Below are positions 25,147 through 34,678 of a stretch of DNA of 64,000 nt, piece by piece (within the stretch, counting starts at the first letter, position 1; each line of letters starts with the position of its first letter). Origin of the DNA: Parcubacteria group bacterium LiPW_30 (lineage in GTDB: Bacteria; Patescibacteriota; Minisyncoccia; Phycocordibacterales; VMEP01); assembly GCA_007375595.1 (NCBI GenBank), contig VMEP01000001.1, positions 255,883 through 319,882 of the forward strand, in the 5' to 3' direction. Below the pieces are notes generated by a model, which saw nothing but the letters and a program-made list of their open reading frames with translations, made no database searches and was not told the DNA's origin. The position numbers and the translations under genes are program-made.

Positions 25147-25305
25147 CTATTTCTTTGAAGGAAGGATTTTGTACATTCCAGTTCCACACACTGTACATGT
25201 ACCTTTTGCTGCAGGGCGTCCAGGCTTTATTTCAGTCTGCTGAACATCCTTCATCTCACGCTTTTCCTTACACTTCACACAATACCCAATTATTTTTTCA
25301 TCCAT
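25147..25305 (-). CDS. Small zinc-ribbon protein, DUF5679-like (52 aa, absent from the ORF track)
   Basis: MDEKIIGYCVKCKEKREMKD...GRPAAKGTCTVCGTGMYKILPSKK. Confidence 0.85.
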   Translation of the reverse strand: MDEKIIGYCVKCKEKREMKDVQQTEIKPGRPAAKGTCTVCGTGMYKILPSKK

Positions 25306-25451
25306 AGTTATATAGTCTAGCCTATTTTAGGGTAAATACACAAGGAGGAAGGGGAATATACCCGTTTGACCTTTCTGTGATTATCATGTAGTAGTTAGTG
25401 TTAGTAATTGTTGAATTTTCAATCAACGGGATAGAAAAGGAAAAAACGATC

Positions 25452-26861
25452 ATGCACATTTCAACTCGCGGTTTGGCTCCGGCGGTTAATTTTGCCTACA
25501 CGGTGCTCAAGGGAATTGCGCCAGATGGTGGTTTATACGTTCCGGAGAAGATTTTCCAGTTTGCCGAAGATGACATTCGTCGGCTTGCTGGACTTTCCTA
25601 TACGGAGGTTGCCAAAATTGTCATGGATCGGTTTGCTCCGGACATGGACAAAGTCGCGCTTCACGGCGCGATAGACAAGGCTTATACCCCCGACGTTTTT
25701 GCAAACGTTACCGAAAAGGATGACAATCCCATCGACATCGTCCCTGTGCGCCATCTTGGTCAAGATTTGTATCTTGCTCGGCTGAGCAATGGGCCAACTC
25801 TCGCATTCAAGGATTTGGCGTTGCAGTTGCTTGGCCACCTCTTCGAAATCGTTCTCGACGGGAAACCACTCAACGTGCTTGGGGCGACGTCGGGCGACAC
25901 GGGGTCGGCGGCTATTCATGCCATGCTCGGAAGAAAGGATATACGCGTTTTCATGCTCTCTCCGCATGGCAGGATGAGTCAATTTCAATCGGCTCAGATT
26001 TTGGGCGTCAATGACCCGATGATTCACAACATTTCGGTCAACGGTTCGTTCGACGATTGCCAAGACGTGGTGAAGGCGGTTAGCGGGGACGCTAGCTTCA
26101 GGGAGGAGTACAACATCGGCGCCGTAAACTCAATCAATTGGGCAAGGGTTGCCGCGCAGGTGGTCTACTACTTCTTTGTTTGCTCCCGCATCCGTGGTCG
26201 TGATGGTGGCCAAATTGACGTCGCCGTCCCGACAGGGAATTACGGCAACATCTATGCGGCCTGGGTTGCGAAAATGATGGGGTTGCCGATTCGTCGGCTG
26301 ATTCTCGCAACCAACGAAAACGATGTTCTGCATGAGTTTTTCACAACGGGCATTTACAGGCCCAGACTGAAGACCATCGAAACGTCGAGTCCGTCGATGG
26401 ACATCACCAAGGCGTCGAATTTCGAGCGTTACGTTTTTGACGTTTTTGGCGGCAACTCAACCAAGGTTGCAAGGCTGTGGGCGGCACTCGACAAGACGGG
26501 GCAGTTTGATTTGTCGCACAGGATGGCGAAGATTCGCGAGACAGGTATTACTTCCTGCGCAGTTCAGCAGGAACAAGTCGCCGAGACCATCAACTACGCC
26601 TTCGTGAAGTACGGCATCGTCATCGACCCCCACACGGCGGTAGCAATGCACTCGGCAATTAATACGCAGCAGTCCGGCGTGCCGATGGTCGTGATGGAGA
26701 CAGCTCAGCCCTGCAAGTTTGACCTTGCTATAAAGCAGGCGCTTGGTTTCACTGTATCGCCTCCTTCGAGCATGAAGGACCTTATGTCCACAAAGCAGTT
26801 CTTTACGCAGATGGATCCAAACGTCGAAGCGACCAAGGAATTCATTCGCGCGCGGGCATGA
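25452..26861 (+). CDS. thrC: Threonine synthase
   Basis: STRG, DGGLYVP, GPTLAFKD (PLP Lys), ATSGDTG, NSINWAR, VPTGNYGN. Confidence 0.95.
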   Translation: MHISTRGLAPAVNFAYTVLKGIAPDGGLYVPEKIFQFAEDDIRRLAGLSYTEVAKIVMDRFAPDMDKVALHGAIDKAYTPDVFANVTEKDDNPIDIVPVRHLGQDLYLARLSNGPTLAFKDLALQLLGHLFEIVLDGKPLNVLGATSGDTGSAAIHAMLGRKDIRVFMLSPHGRMSQFQSAQILGVNDPMIHNISVNGSFDDCQDVVKAVSGDASFREEYNIGAVNSINWARVAAQVVYYFFVCSRIRGRDGGQIDVAVPTGNYGNIYAAWVAKMMGLPIRRLILATNENDVLHEFFTTGIYRPRLKTIETSSPSMDITKASNFERYVFDVFGGNSTKVARLWAALDKTGQFDLSHRMAKIRETGITSCAVQQEQVAETINYAFVKYGIVIDPHTAVAMHSAINTQQSGVPMVVMETAQPCKFDLAIKQALGFTVSPPSSMKDLMSTKQFFTQMDPNVEATKEFIRARA

Positions 26862-26989
26862 GCGAATTCATTTTCGCTTTTCAAAACCTAGTCTTCGGGC
26901 TAGGTTTTTTGTTTGGTGAGGCGTTGATTTCATAACTAAAATTTTTGAATTAATAAAACCCGCCGGAGCGGGTTTTTTGTGACTTCTTT

Positions 26990-27493
26990 TTACCATGGCG
27001 TTTTATTTCCAGGATATTCTGCGATTGCAAACTCGAGGCCATCTATCCCGTAATCAGCGAGACGGACACACCCACCCATGAAGCAAAACTGCTTGGCTTG
27101 GAGAATGTCGAGAGCCACGGTTGTTTCCATGCCCTGGAAAAGATTCCAGAGGTAGTGGGATTTCACCCTTTCGTCCACAACAGGTTCACCTCGTCGCTGG
27201 ATGTTTACAAGCCAGAAGATAGTGAAGACGGTCGGGGCGAGGAGGTCGCTCTTGTACTTCTTGTAGAGGCGGTATTCGGTACGGTTTGCGACGATACCGG
27301 CCAGAAGATACTTGATTACGGCAAGGAGCGGGTTCCGGTGATGTTTCTCAAGGTTACCCCGTACTTGTTTCTTCTGAATTGATTCGAAGAGCTTGATGAA
27401 CGGCCTTAGTGGGCGAAATCGCGCAATCTTGATGGCGTACTGCCCAATCAAAATTACACAGCGGGTAGAACCACACGCGAAATCAAGGTACAT
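26990..27493 (-). CDS. Hypothetical protein, possible kinase-like fold
   Basis: GSTRCVILIGQYAIK, RLADYG; GGAGG SD; own terminator. Confidence 0.65.
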   Translation of the reverse strand: MYLDFACGSTRCVILIGQYAIKIARFRPLRPFIKLFESIQKKQVRGNLEKHHRNPLLAVIKYLLAGIVANRTEYRLYKKYKSDLLAPTVFTIFWLVNIQRRGEPVVDERVKSHYLWNLFQGMETTVALDILQAKQFCFMGGCVRLADYGIDGLEFAIAEYPGNKTPW

Positions 27494-27704
27494 GATGCCT
27501 CCCGTTCCTGTTGGTTGAAGAGACTACCTATGTTTACTCGCTACACTTCATCATCTTTGGGGCTGGAAGTCAAGGATAAAAAACAAACCCATGGAAACCT
27601 GTGCTTGTGTTTTTGTGGGGTGGCTAAAACATCTCTACAAAAGAGATGTTCGCCCGAATATTTTGTAATTGCAAAATATTTTAGGAGGGGTAGGATTGGG
27701 GGAC

Positions 27705-28049
27705 ATGGAGAAGGTAATACTAAGTGTGTTTGTTGGGGTACTTTTGGTTCCACAAATTGCTTTTGCTCACCCTGGTAGGACAGACTCTTCTGGTTGTCAC
27801 ACGTGTAAAACAAATTGTTCCAATTGGGGTCTTTCGTATGGAGAATATCATTGTCATAATTCAAAAGGAGTTTCTCAGCCAAAGGAACCAATAAAAAGTA
27901 CGTATGGTGAAAATGGAACAGGTTACGTTTCTAAAGCTCCTGAATATAAGACACAGAAAGTTAATACGGTGAAAAGTGTAAATACACAACAAAACAAAAA
28001 AGTAGAAGAAAAAGGAAATTGGTTTAGTAGATTATTAGGGTGGAGGTAA
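27705..28049 (+). CDS. Secreted YHYH-type domain protein
   Basis: Signal peptide, AHPGRTDSSGCH..C...EYHCH; C-terminus NWFSRLLGWR. Confidence 0.85.
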   Translation: MEKVILSVFVGVLLVPQIAFAHPGRTDSSGCHTCKTNCSNWGLSYGEYHCHNSKGVSQPKEPIKSTYGENGTGYVSKAPEYKTQKVNTVKSVNTQQNKKVEEKGNWFSRLLGWR

Positions 28050-28058
28050 TAAAAGGAG

Positions 28059-29042
28059 ATGAAGAAAATATTTATTGCATCATTATTAATATTTACACCA
28101 GTTCTGTTTTTAAGTGCAAGCTCTATTAAGGGTGTTTCGCTTGGTGAGTTTGCCAGCTGTAGTTATTATTTAATAGAGGACAGTTCTGGGGACTATACAC
28201 TCGCAGAGTGGTACGGTGGTATTACTCCATACGAAGGAGATGTTTTATATGGGGAGTTACATTCCTATGGATTTAAGGATTTGTACAATATTACAAGGGA
28301 TAATTCTACTCGTGTGTGGATTGATGACTACTTATTGTCCGAGGACAGGGCAACGGAAAAGCTAATAGATGAATGTGGTTGGGACAGGGAAATTTTTAAT
28401 TATTTTGGTAACACGTCCTATTACCCTTCCTCTTATACACAACCACCGCGCGTATCACCGCCTACAATTTCTTGTCCTGTTAATTCAACTTTAAATTCTT
28501 CTGATTCAAAATGTTATTGTAACTCTGGGTATTCTATAAATTCAAATGGAAATGCTTGTGTAGTAAATATGCCCACTTGTACAGCCAATTCGTCTAGGAG
28601 GGCAGATAATCAATGTTATTGTGACACAAGTTTTACGCGTGTTGGAGATAGGTGTATTAGTTACACAGAAAAGTGTCAATTGACTTATGGGTCAAATTCT
28701 TATGGAACTGAAACAAATTGTTATTGTTCAAACGGTTATATTTTTAATAGTGCTGGCAATTACTGTGTTCCTAAGCCCGTAACAGTTACTACTAATCCGG
28801 TACCTAATAACGTAAGTGCTAATAAATTAACCACAGACTTAACAGAACCTGCTGTATCAAAAAAAGAAATAAAAACAATCACAACAAAAACAAATATTCT
28901 TAAAACAAAAACGATAAAGTCACAATTATCTAGTACAACTATTTCTGCGAAAGCGTCGACAACTATTGAAACACCTAATTCTAAAACAAAAATAGATCCA
29001 AAAATATCATGGTTCAATAGATTGTTTGGTTGGTTTAAATAG
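28059..29042 (+). CDS. Secreted Cys-rich (EGF-like repeat) protein
   Basis: Signal peptide, repeated CYC..GY units, Thr/Lys-rich linker, C-terminus SWFNRLFGWFK. Confidence 0.8.
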   Translation: MKKIFIASLLIFTPVLFLSASSIKGVSLGEFASCSYYLIEDSSGDYTLAEWYGGITPYEGDVLYGELHSYGFKDLYNITRDNSTRVWIDDYLLSEDRATEKLIDECGWDREIFNYFGNTSYYPSSYTQPPRVSPPTISCPVNSTLNSSDSKCYCNSGYSINSNGNACVVNMPTCTANSSRRADNQCYCDTSFTRVGDRCISYTEKCQLTYGSNSYGTETNCYCSNGYIFNSAGNYCVPKPVTVTTNPVPNNVSANKLTTDLTEPAVSKKEIKTITTKTNILKTKTIKSQLSSTTISAKASTTIETPNSKTKIDPKISWFNRLFGWFK

Positions 29043-29087
29043 TTTATGTGATTGTGTTTTATCGTAAGAATGGAGTCAAAATAAAAA

Positions 29088-29696
29088 ATGACAAGTGATT
29101 TAAATACCATTGTGGGACTTTACAGGGAAAAAGTTTTTCAAATTTTAAAAGTGTCATTTATCCTAGAGTACTTAGAGGAATATAATTATGAATTTTCTGT
29201 AAAATACAGAGAACAGAATGCATCATTAATAACAGTGATTGAATCTATTGATTTTTGTCACACGATGCTTTTATCACGTATTTTTGACGAGGATAACAAA
29301 TCTTTCTCAGTTAAAAATATACTTAAAAAACTAAATAAGAATTATAACAATGGTGTAATTTCTGAGATTACGGAGTTAGAGCTTAAGGGGACTTTAAAAA
29401 ATCTTAGTATGTGGAGGGGAAATGTTTTTGCTCATGATAATTTTAATGTTTCAATGTCTTCAGAGCATTACGATATGTACCCTTCTCATACGATAGATTT
29501 TGAAACATTACATCAATATCTTATCGATACTCTTATAACATACGAATTTGATTTGATTAATAATGATAAATCAGTTGAATATTTAACTAATGTTTTTAAT
29601 GAGGAGTTAGAAGCTAAGAAAAAACAATGGGAAGGTGATATTAATTTAGTATTAAAGTTTATTGGTAATTATAGAGTTCAAAATCTATTAAAGTAA
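29088..29696 (+). CDS. HEPN (AbiU2-like) domain protein, putative
   Basis: Helical 202-aa protein with LSRIFD...WRGNVFAH (R-x5-H). Confidence 0.55.
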   Translation: MTSDLNTIVGLYREKVFQILKVSFILEYLEEYNYEFSVKYREQNASLITVIESIDFCHTMLLSRIFDEDNKSFSVKNILKKLNKNYNNGVISEITELELKGTLKNLSMWRGNVFAHDNFNVSMSSEHYDMYPSHTIDFETLHQYLIDTLITYEFDLINNDKSVEYLTNVFNEELEAKKKQWEGDINLVLKFIGNYRVQNLLK

Positions 29697-29830
29697 TTTA
29701 TTGCTCGCTAAATTTTGTGTTGTTTGAACGTAAGGGTTTTCATCAGTTTAGTTAAATTATGGGTTTCGGTTGCATAAACACTCTAGAACTGTAAGTATTA
29801 ACGTGTTAGGATATTTGTGATTTTATAACC

Positions 29831-30241
29831 ATGTCAAAGCATAAAGGAATATGGGAGTATGTAAAAATTAGTTCTTCGGAATACTACTATTCTGAAATAC
29901 AACCAGAAGGAATAAATTATTTTCTTCGAGCTGCAACAGCAAAAATTCTATGGGTGACTTTTTGTTACATACTGGTTTTAAAGATGATCCCGCTAACTAA
30001 CTTTATCCTTTTGAACGCCTCGGTTCTTCTTGCGGGAAGCGCGTTTATTTTCTTTTGGGAACAGGTTGTAAAAGATCATGCTCCAAAATGGTGTGACGAT
30101 TTTGTAACTGGAAAGATATTTTTTGAAGTTGACATATCTTCATTAAACAAGTATATTTTCTACCTCTTTATAGCAAACCTACTTATGTTCCTTTTCCCTG
30201 GAACTAAATTAGGATTAACAACATCTTATGACAAAAAATAG
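29831..30241 (+). CDS. Hypothetical membrane protein
   Basis: About three hydrophobic segments. Confidence 0.65.
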   Translation: MSKHKGIWEYVKISSSEYYYSEIQPEGINYFLRAATAKILWVTFCYILVLKMIPLTNFILLNASVLLAGSAFIFFWEQVVKDHAPKWCDDFVTGKIFFEVDISSLNKYIFYLFIANLLMFLFPGTKLGLTTSYDKK

Positions 30242-30872
30242 TCTTACAACTAGTATTATATTGTTTATTTTGGCAGTATCATTGCTCTTCTTTGCAATAA
30301 AGAATAGTAGCAAAGAGGATAGTAAAACTAATATATCCATCGAGACCATAAAGGAAGAAGTTATTCCGTATAAAGCAAAAGATTCGATGAGCAAAGTTTT
30401 AGTTGTGAAAGATTTTAAGAATTCCTCAATTTCCCACAGCCCGACAGATACTTTTAAAAAAACACTAGAGGTCAACGGGACCATCGTTGGTGGTTATATA
30501 TACATTAAGGCCGATGTTGACAACAGGGCCCTTACTAGTTTTGATGATATATATGTAAAACTCATAGAGTCTTCCCATGGGTTGTATAAAGAATATGGGG
30601 GACATTTAATACAAAGCCAAAGTCTTGACACCCCTAAAAATGATAAACAAACCGAATTTTTATACGAACTTTCGTCTATAAAATATAAAAAAAGTTTTAC
30701 CGATTCTGACAAAGAGGTACTTTCTGGTAACTGGCTCGCTATTTTAAATGATTCTACAACTAAGAAAATTTTGGGGTTCTCCTCAACTTCTCGAAATGGG
30801 GATATGCAAGAGATGTATATTTATTATAAATGTTTAGATAACACCGATTGTTCGATTAGTATTTCCCAGTGA
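30228..30872 (+). CDS. Hypothetical exported or membrane-anchored protein
   Basis: N-terminal TM helix, C-terminal C-x5-C. Confidence 0.75.
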   Translation: MTKNSLTTSIILFILAVSLLFFAIKNSSKEDSKTNISIETIKEEVIPYKAKDSMSKVLVVKDFKNSSISHSPTDTFKKTLEVNGTIVGGYIYIKADVDNRALTSFDDIYVKLIESSHGLYKEYGGHLIQSQSLDTPKNDKQTEFLYELSSIKYKKSFTDSDKEVLSGNWLAILNDSTTKKILGFSSTSRNGDMQEMYIYYKCLDNTDCSISISQ

Positions 30873-30916
30873 TTTAAGGTTATTTTTTTATTTAAAATAT
30901 GTAAATAGAACCAAAT

Positions 30917-31228
30917 GTGGTTAGTTACTTTCTGGTTATTACGTCTGGATTTGCTGTTGTGTGGGGTTTTCGGGCTTTTAGTGATAGTGGTGAAAAGAAG
31001 ATATCTGAGTTCGAATATGCCGGGTTCAGTACTTTTTGGGGAAGTTTAGTTTTCATTTTATTTATCTGGATATTAAAAAACAAATCAGATATTTTGCTTG
31101 GGGCACTTTCTTATCCTTTTACGGCTACGCCCACATTGTTTTTACTCGGAGGTATTACTGGAGCTTCCACTGGGTGGATTTTTAAACATACGCATGAGTT
31201 GCGGACTTGGTTGCAAAGTAAACTATGA
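30917..31228 (+). CDS. Hypothetical membrane protein
   Basis: Three hydrophobic segments, GTG start. Confidence 0.6.
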   Translation: MVSYFLVITSGFAVVWGFRAFSDSGEKKISEFEYAGFSTFWGSLVFILFIWILKNKSDILLGALSYPFTATPTLFLLGGITGASTGWIFKHTHELRTWLQSKL

Positions 31229-31290
31229 CAAGGGAGATTGACTATAAATAACTTTTTGCCGTCGCAAAAAGTTTTGAGGATTAGTTCGAT

Positions 31291-31410
31291 GTGGGAATTG
31301 GTCACAAATCTTTTGTTGCTACAAAAGTTCGCGACCCCGCCTCGCGCCGTCGCGCTCCGGCTTTCAATTCCCCACACAAGACATGCAGATGTCTTGCTCC
31401 ATCTCCACAA
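31291..31410 (-). mobile_element. tmRNA-tail mirror element
   Basis: Inverted copy of the tmRNA T-arm and acceptor, GCCGGAGCG...GAGGCGGGGTCGC core, direct CAATTCCC copy. Confidence 0.65.
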
Positions 31411-31453
31411 ACAAAAATGGCTCACCGAAAGGTGAGCTCATTTTTGATAATTG

Positions 31454-31849
31454 TGGAGATGGGGGGAATTGAACCCCCGTGCAGATGATTTTCAGGCGCG
31501 GGTCTACGAAGCTTAGTTTGTTTTTTTGTTTTCAGCACGAAAGGTTTAAAGCAAACAAAATCCTTTCACACTTATCCTCTATGTTTTTTAGTTAGTATCC
31601 CCGAGAAGTGAAATACGCTTAGTCCGGAAATATAACGCCCGTTCACATCTACCAGACTGCAATGTGACGAACGACCTTAGCTTATTTTATTAAGCGAAAG
31701 CGACGGCGAAGCTGTTTGCCTTAAAATAAGGAGAAACAGATAAGCCCTGTGCAGTTTTGTTTGCACTTATGTTTTGTGACGGTTTAACAAGTCATCACAG
31801 CTTGGCTTGCGCGCGCGAGAATGGTCAGCTGTCTAAGCAAATCATCCCC
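31454..31849 (-). ncRNA. ssrA: tmRNA
   Basis: GGGGATG/CATCTCC-A acceptor with G3-U70, T-arm GGTTCAATTCC, resume site ATAAGT-GCA, tag ANKTAQGLSVSPYFKANSFAVAFA*; smpB nearby. Confidence 0.95.
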
Positions 31850-31910
31850 CTAAAACATTTTTGTTGCAAAAATGTTCGGGCGACCATTTTCTTTAGAAAA
31901 TGGTTTAGCC
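31846..31910. repeat. Double-hairpin repeat abutting the tmRNA 5' end
   Basis: Near-identical to 25003-25063. Confidence 0.85.
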
Positions 31911-31913
31911 AAT

Positions 31914-32183
31914 TTAATGGCACACCCTATTTTGTTTATATTTCTTTAAAATCTTTTGTTTGAATCTAGCCGACCACAGACTTTTTAGGAATCTCTCTCT
32001 GTTGAACGCTTCACTTTTATCATCTAATTTTTCAGAATAAATGATTTCAAACGGTCGGCGTTTTACAGTCGCGATAACCTTGCCTTGATTGTGGTCTTTG
32101 ATTCTGCGTTCAAGATTTTCTGTACATCCTACATACAGTTTCTCGTCTTTTAAACTGAGTAGAATATAAACAAAATAGGGCAT
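31914..32183 (-). CDS. Small GIY-YIG nuclease (YhbQ/UPF0213-like)
   Basis: YFVYIL...LYVGCT..LERRIKDHN.G, RE.FLK. Confidence 0.9.
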   Translation of the reverse strand: MPYFVYILLSLKDEKLYVGCTENLERRIKDHNQGKVIATVKRRPFEIIYSEKLDDKSEAFNRERFLKSLWSARFKQKILKKYKQNRVCH

Positions 32184-32184
32184 A

Positions 32185-32631
32185 CTACATGTTTTTCAAT
32201 GATCTCCTTACTTCACGCATGTCGTCTCGTTTTTTTATTGTCTCGCGTTTATCAAATTTCTTTTTACCGCGAGCAACTCCGAGCGACACCTTGACCTTAC
32301 CTTTTTTATTATACATCGAAAGTGGCACTATTGTCAACTTCTTTTCTTGCTCCATTTGGGCAAGTTCAATGATTTCTTTCTTGGTTAGAAGGAGTTTTCT
32401 GGTGCGGAGAGGATCATAACCTTTTGGCATATTTCCGGCTTGATATGGCGGGATATTTGAACCAAGTAAAAAAACTTCGCCACCACGGACGACAGCATAA
32501 GCCCCCTCAAGGGAACCCATACCTCCTTTAATAGACTTAACCTCAGGACCTAAAAGCTCAATACCAGCTTCTAGTGTTTCCGTAATTTCGTAATTAAATC
32601 TAGCTTTTTTGTTTTCTATGAAAGAAGACAT
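32185..32631 (-). CDS. smpB: SsrA-binding protein
   Basis: NKKARFNY, EAGIELLGPEVKS, RKLLL, GKKKFDKRE. Confidence 0.98.
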   Translation of the reverse strand: MSSFIENKKARFNYEITETLEAGIELLGPEVKSIKGGMGSLEGAYAVVRGGEVFLLGSNIPPYQAGNMPKGYDPLRTRKLLLTKKEIIELAQMEQEKKLTIVPLSMYNKKGKVKVSLGVARGKKKFDKRETIKKRDDMREVRRSLKNM

Positions 32632-32699
32632 ATTGCGATTCTAACACGCCTTAAGATATTTTTTCATATACTTTTAAACTGGTGTATAATGTCGAAACT

Positions 32700-34634
32700 A
32701 TGGAAATAAAAATGCCAAAAATGAAGGGTGGAAAAGACGAAAAGGGGAATAAAAAAGAATTGAAAAAAATGACCACTATTCAATTGGTCAGCAATATTGC
32801 TACAGCTCTTTTAATTTTCCTACTCTTAACTTCTCTATATTCATATATTTCCGAGCGCGCTAAAAAACCAGCCAACATTCCAGTCTCCGAAGCTGCTCAA
32901 TTAGTTCAAGATGGAAAGGTAAAAAAGATTTCGGTTGTTGGTGAGGAATTGAAAATCACACTTACTGACGATACAGAGCGCACTTCAAAGAAAGAAAAAG
33001 AGTCGGCAGTTTCTGAAACACTTTCGCGCTACGGTGTTACTTCTGAAAAATTATCTAAAGTTGAAGTTTCTATTTCAGATGACCGTGGTGTTTCATTTTG
33101 GTTACTCAACATTTTACCTTTTCTTATTCCCGTTCTTTTCATTGTCTTTTTCTTTTGGTTCTTATCTCGACAAGTTAAGGGCGCTGGCATGCAAGCATTT
33201 ACTTTCGGACAATCCAAAGCCCGCGTTATTGACCCTCTAGATTTAAATCAAAAAGTAACATTTAAAGATGTCGCAGGGGTGAAAGAAGCAAAGGAAGAAT
33301 TACGTGAGATTGTCGACTTTTTGAAAAACCCTAAAAAATTCTTAGACATCGGCGCACGTATTCCAAAAGGTGTTCTTTTGATGGGTGCTCCCGGCACAGG
33401 AAAAACATTGCTTGCAAGAGCGGTGGCGGGGGAAGCAGCCGTGCCATTTTTCTATCTATCCGGTTCTGAATTCGTGGAAATGTTTGTTGGCGTTGGCGCT
33501 TCTCGTGTACGCGACTTGTTTATGATGGCAAAGAAAGCAGCTCCAGCAATTGTTTTCGTTGATGAAATTGACGCCGTTGGTCGCGTGCGCGGAACAGGTG
33601 TTGGTGGTGGCAACGATGAACGCGAGCAAACACTGAATCAAATTCTAGTCGAGATGGATGGTTTTGAACCAACCGAGAAAGTTATTGTTATGGCAGCAAC
33701 CAACAGGCCTGATGTTTTGGACCCAGCTTTGCTTCGTCCAGGTCGTTTTGATCGTCGAGTAATTCTTGATTTACCAGACCGCGACGAACGTGAAGAGATT
33801 TTGAAAATTCACAGTTTGAAAAAGCCATTAACCGAAGATGTTAACCTCCGTGTGATTGCTGAACGTACACCTGGTTTTTCTGGCGCTGATTTATTCTCAC
33901 TTATGAACGAAGGTGCAATTTTGGCCGCACGAGAAATAAGAAAGAAAGTTTCCCAATACGACCTTATTCGTTCTATTGAAAAAGTGATGATGGGCCCAGA
34001 AAGAAAGAGCCACCTTCTCTCTATTAAAGAAAAAGAAATTACCGCCTACCACGAAGCAGGGCACGCGCTACTTGCTTCCGTCTTACCATATGCTGACCCA
34101 GTGCATAAAGTTTCAATCGTTGCTCGTGGTCGCGCTGGTGGATACACACTAAAACTTCCAATCGAAGAAAGAAAATTACAATCGAAGAAAGAGTTTTTGG
34201 ATGATATTGTTGTTTCTCTTGGTGGATACGTTGCTGAAGAAACAGTTTTTGGTGATTTAACAACAGGACCATCAAACGACCTTCAAGTCGCAACCGCCTT
34301 AGCGCGCGACATGGTTACTAAATATGGAATGTCTGAAAAGATGGGACCAGTCGCGCTTGAAGGTTCTGGTGGGCGAGTTTTATTTGGAACCGGTGTTTCG
34401 GATCACGGCTATTCCGAAGTTGTTTCCGCAAAAATTGACGAAGAGGTTTCAAAGATAATGAACGATTCAATGAAAAAAGCGCAGGCGGAAATAAAAACAC
34501 ACAGAAAAATACTTGATGCTATCGCCAAAGAACTTGTTTCAGTTGAAACGATTGAGCGAGAAGAGTTTGAAAAAATTCTTGTTGCCAATGGCATAATGCC
34601 AAAGAAGGGAGAGGGAATCGACATCGTTTCGTAA
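32700..34634 (+). CDS. ftsH: ATP-dependent zinc metalloprotease FtsH
   Basis: Two TM helices, [20 protein letters not shown]. Confidence 0.98.
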   Translation: MEIKMPKMKGGKDEKGNKKELKKMTTIQLVSNIATALLIFLLLTSLYSYISERAKKPANIPVSEAAQLVQDGKVKKISVVGEELKITLTDDTERTSKKEKESAVSETLSRYGVTSEKLSKVEVSISDDRGVSFWLLNILPFLIPVLFIVFFFWFLSRQVKGAGMQAFTFGQSKARVIDPLDLNQKVTFKDVAGVKEAKEELREIVDFLKNPKKFLDIGARIPKGVLLMGAPGTGKTLLARAVAGEAAVPFFYLSGSEFVEMFVGVGASRVRDLFMMAKKAAPAIVFVDEIDAVGRVRGTGVGGGNDEREQTLNQILVEMDGFEPTEKVIVMAATNRPDVLDPALLRPGRFDRRVILDLPDRDEREEILKIHSLKKPLTEDVNLRVIAERTPGFSGADLFSLMNEGAILAAREIRKKVSQYDLIRSIEKVMMGPERKSHLLSIKEKEITAYHEAGHALLASVLPYADPVHKVSIVARGRAGGYTLKLPIEERKLQSKKEFLDDIVVSLGGYVAEETVFGDLTTGPSNDLQVATALARDMVTKYGMSEKMGPVALEGSGGRVLFGTGVSDHGYSEVVSAKIDEEVSKIMNDSMKKAQAEIKTHRKILDAIAKELVSVETIEREEFEKILVANGIMPKKGEGIDIVS

Positions 34635-34678
34635 AAATAAATATAAAACAAAAAAACCGCCAAATGGCGGTTTTTTTA

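Noticed and set aside
25003-31910. Repeats at 25003 and 31846 as attL/attR of one 6.8-kb island
   Set aside because: They lie at RNA 5' ends rather than 3' ends, a related array occurs at 18940-19033, and no integrase is present
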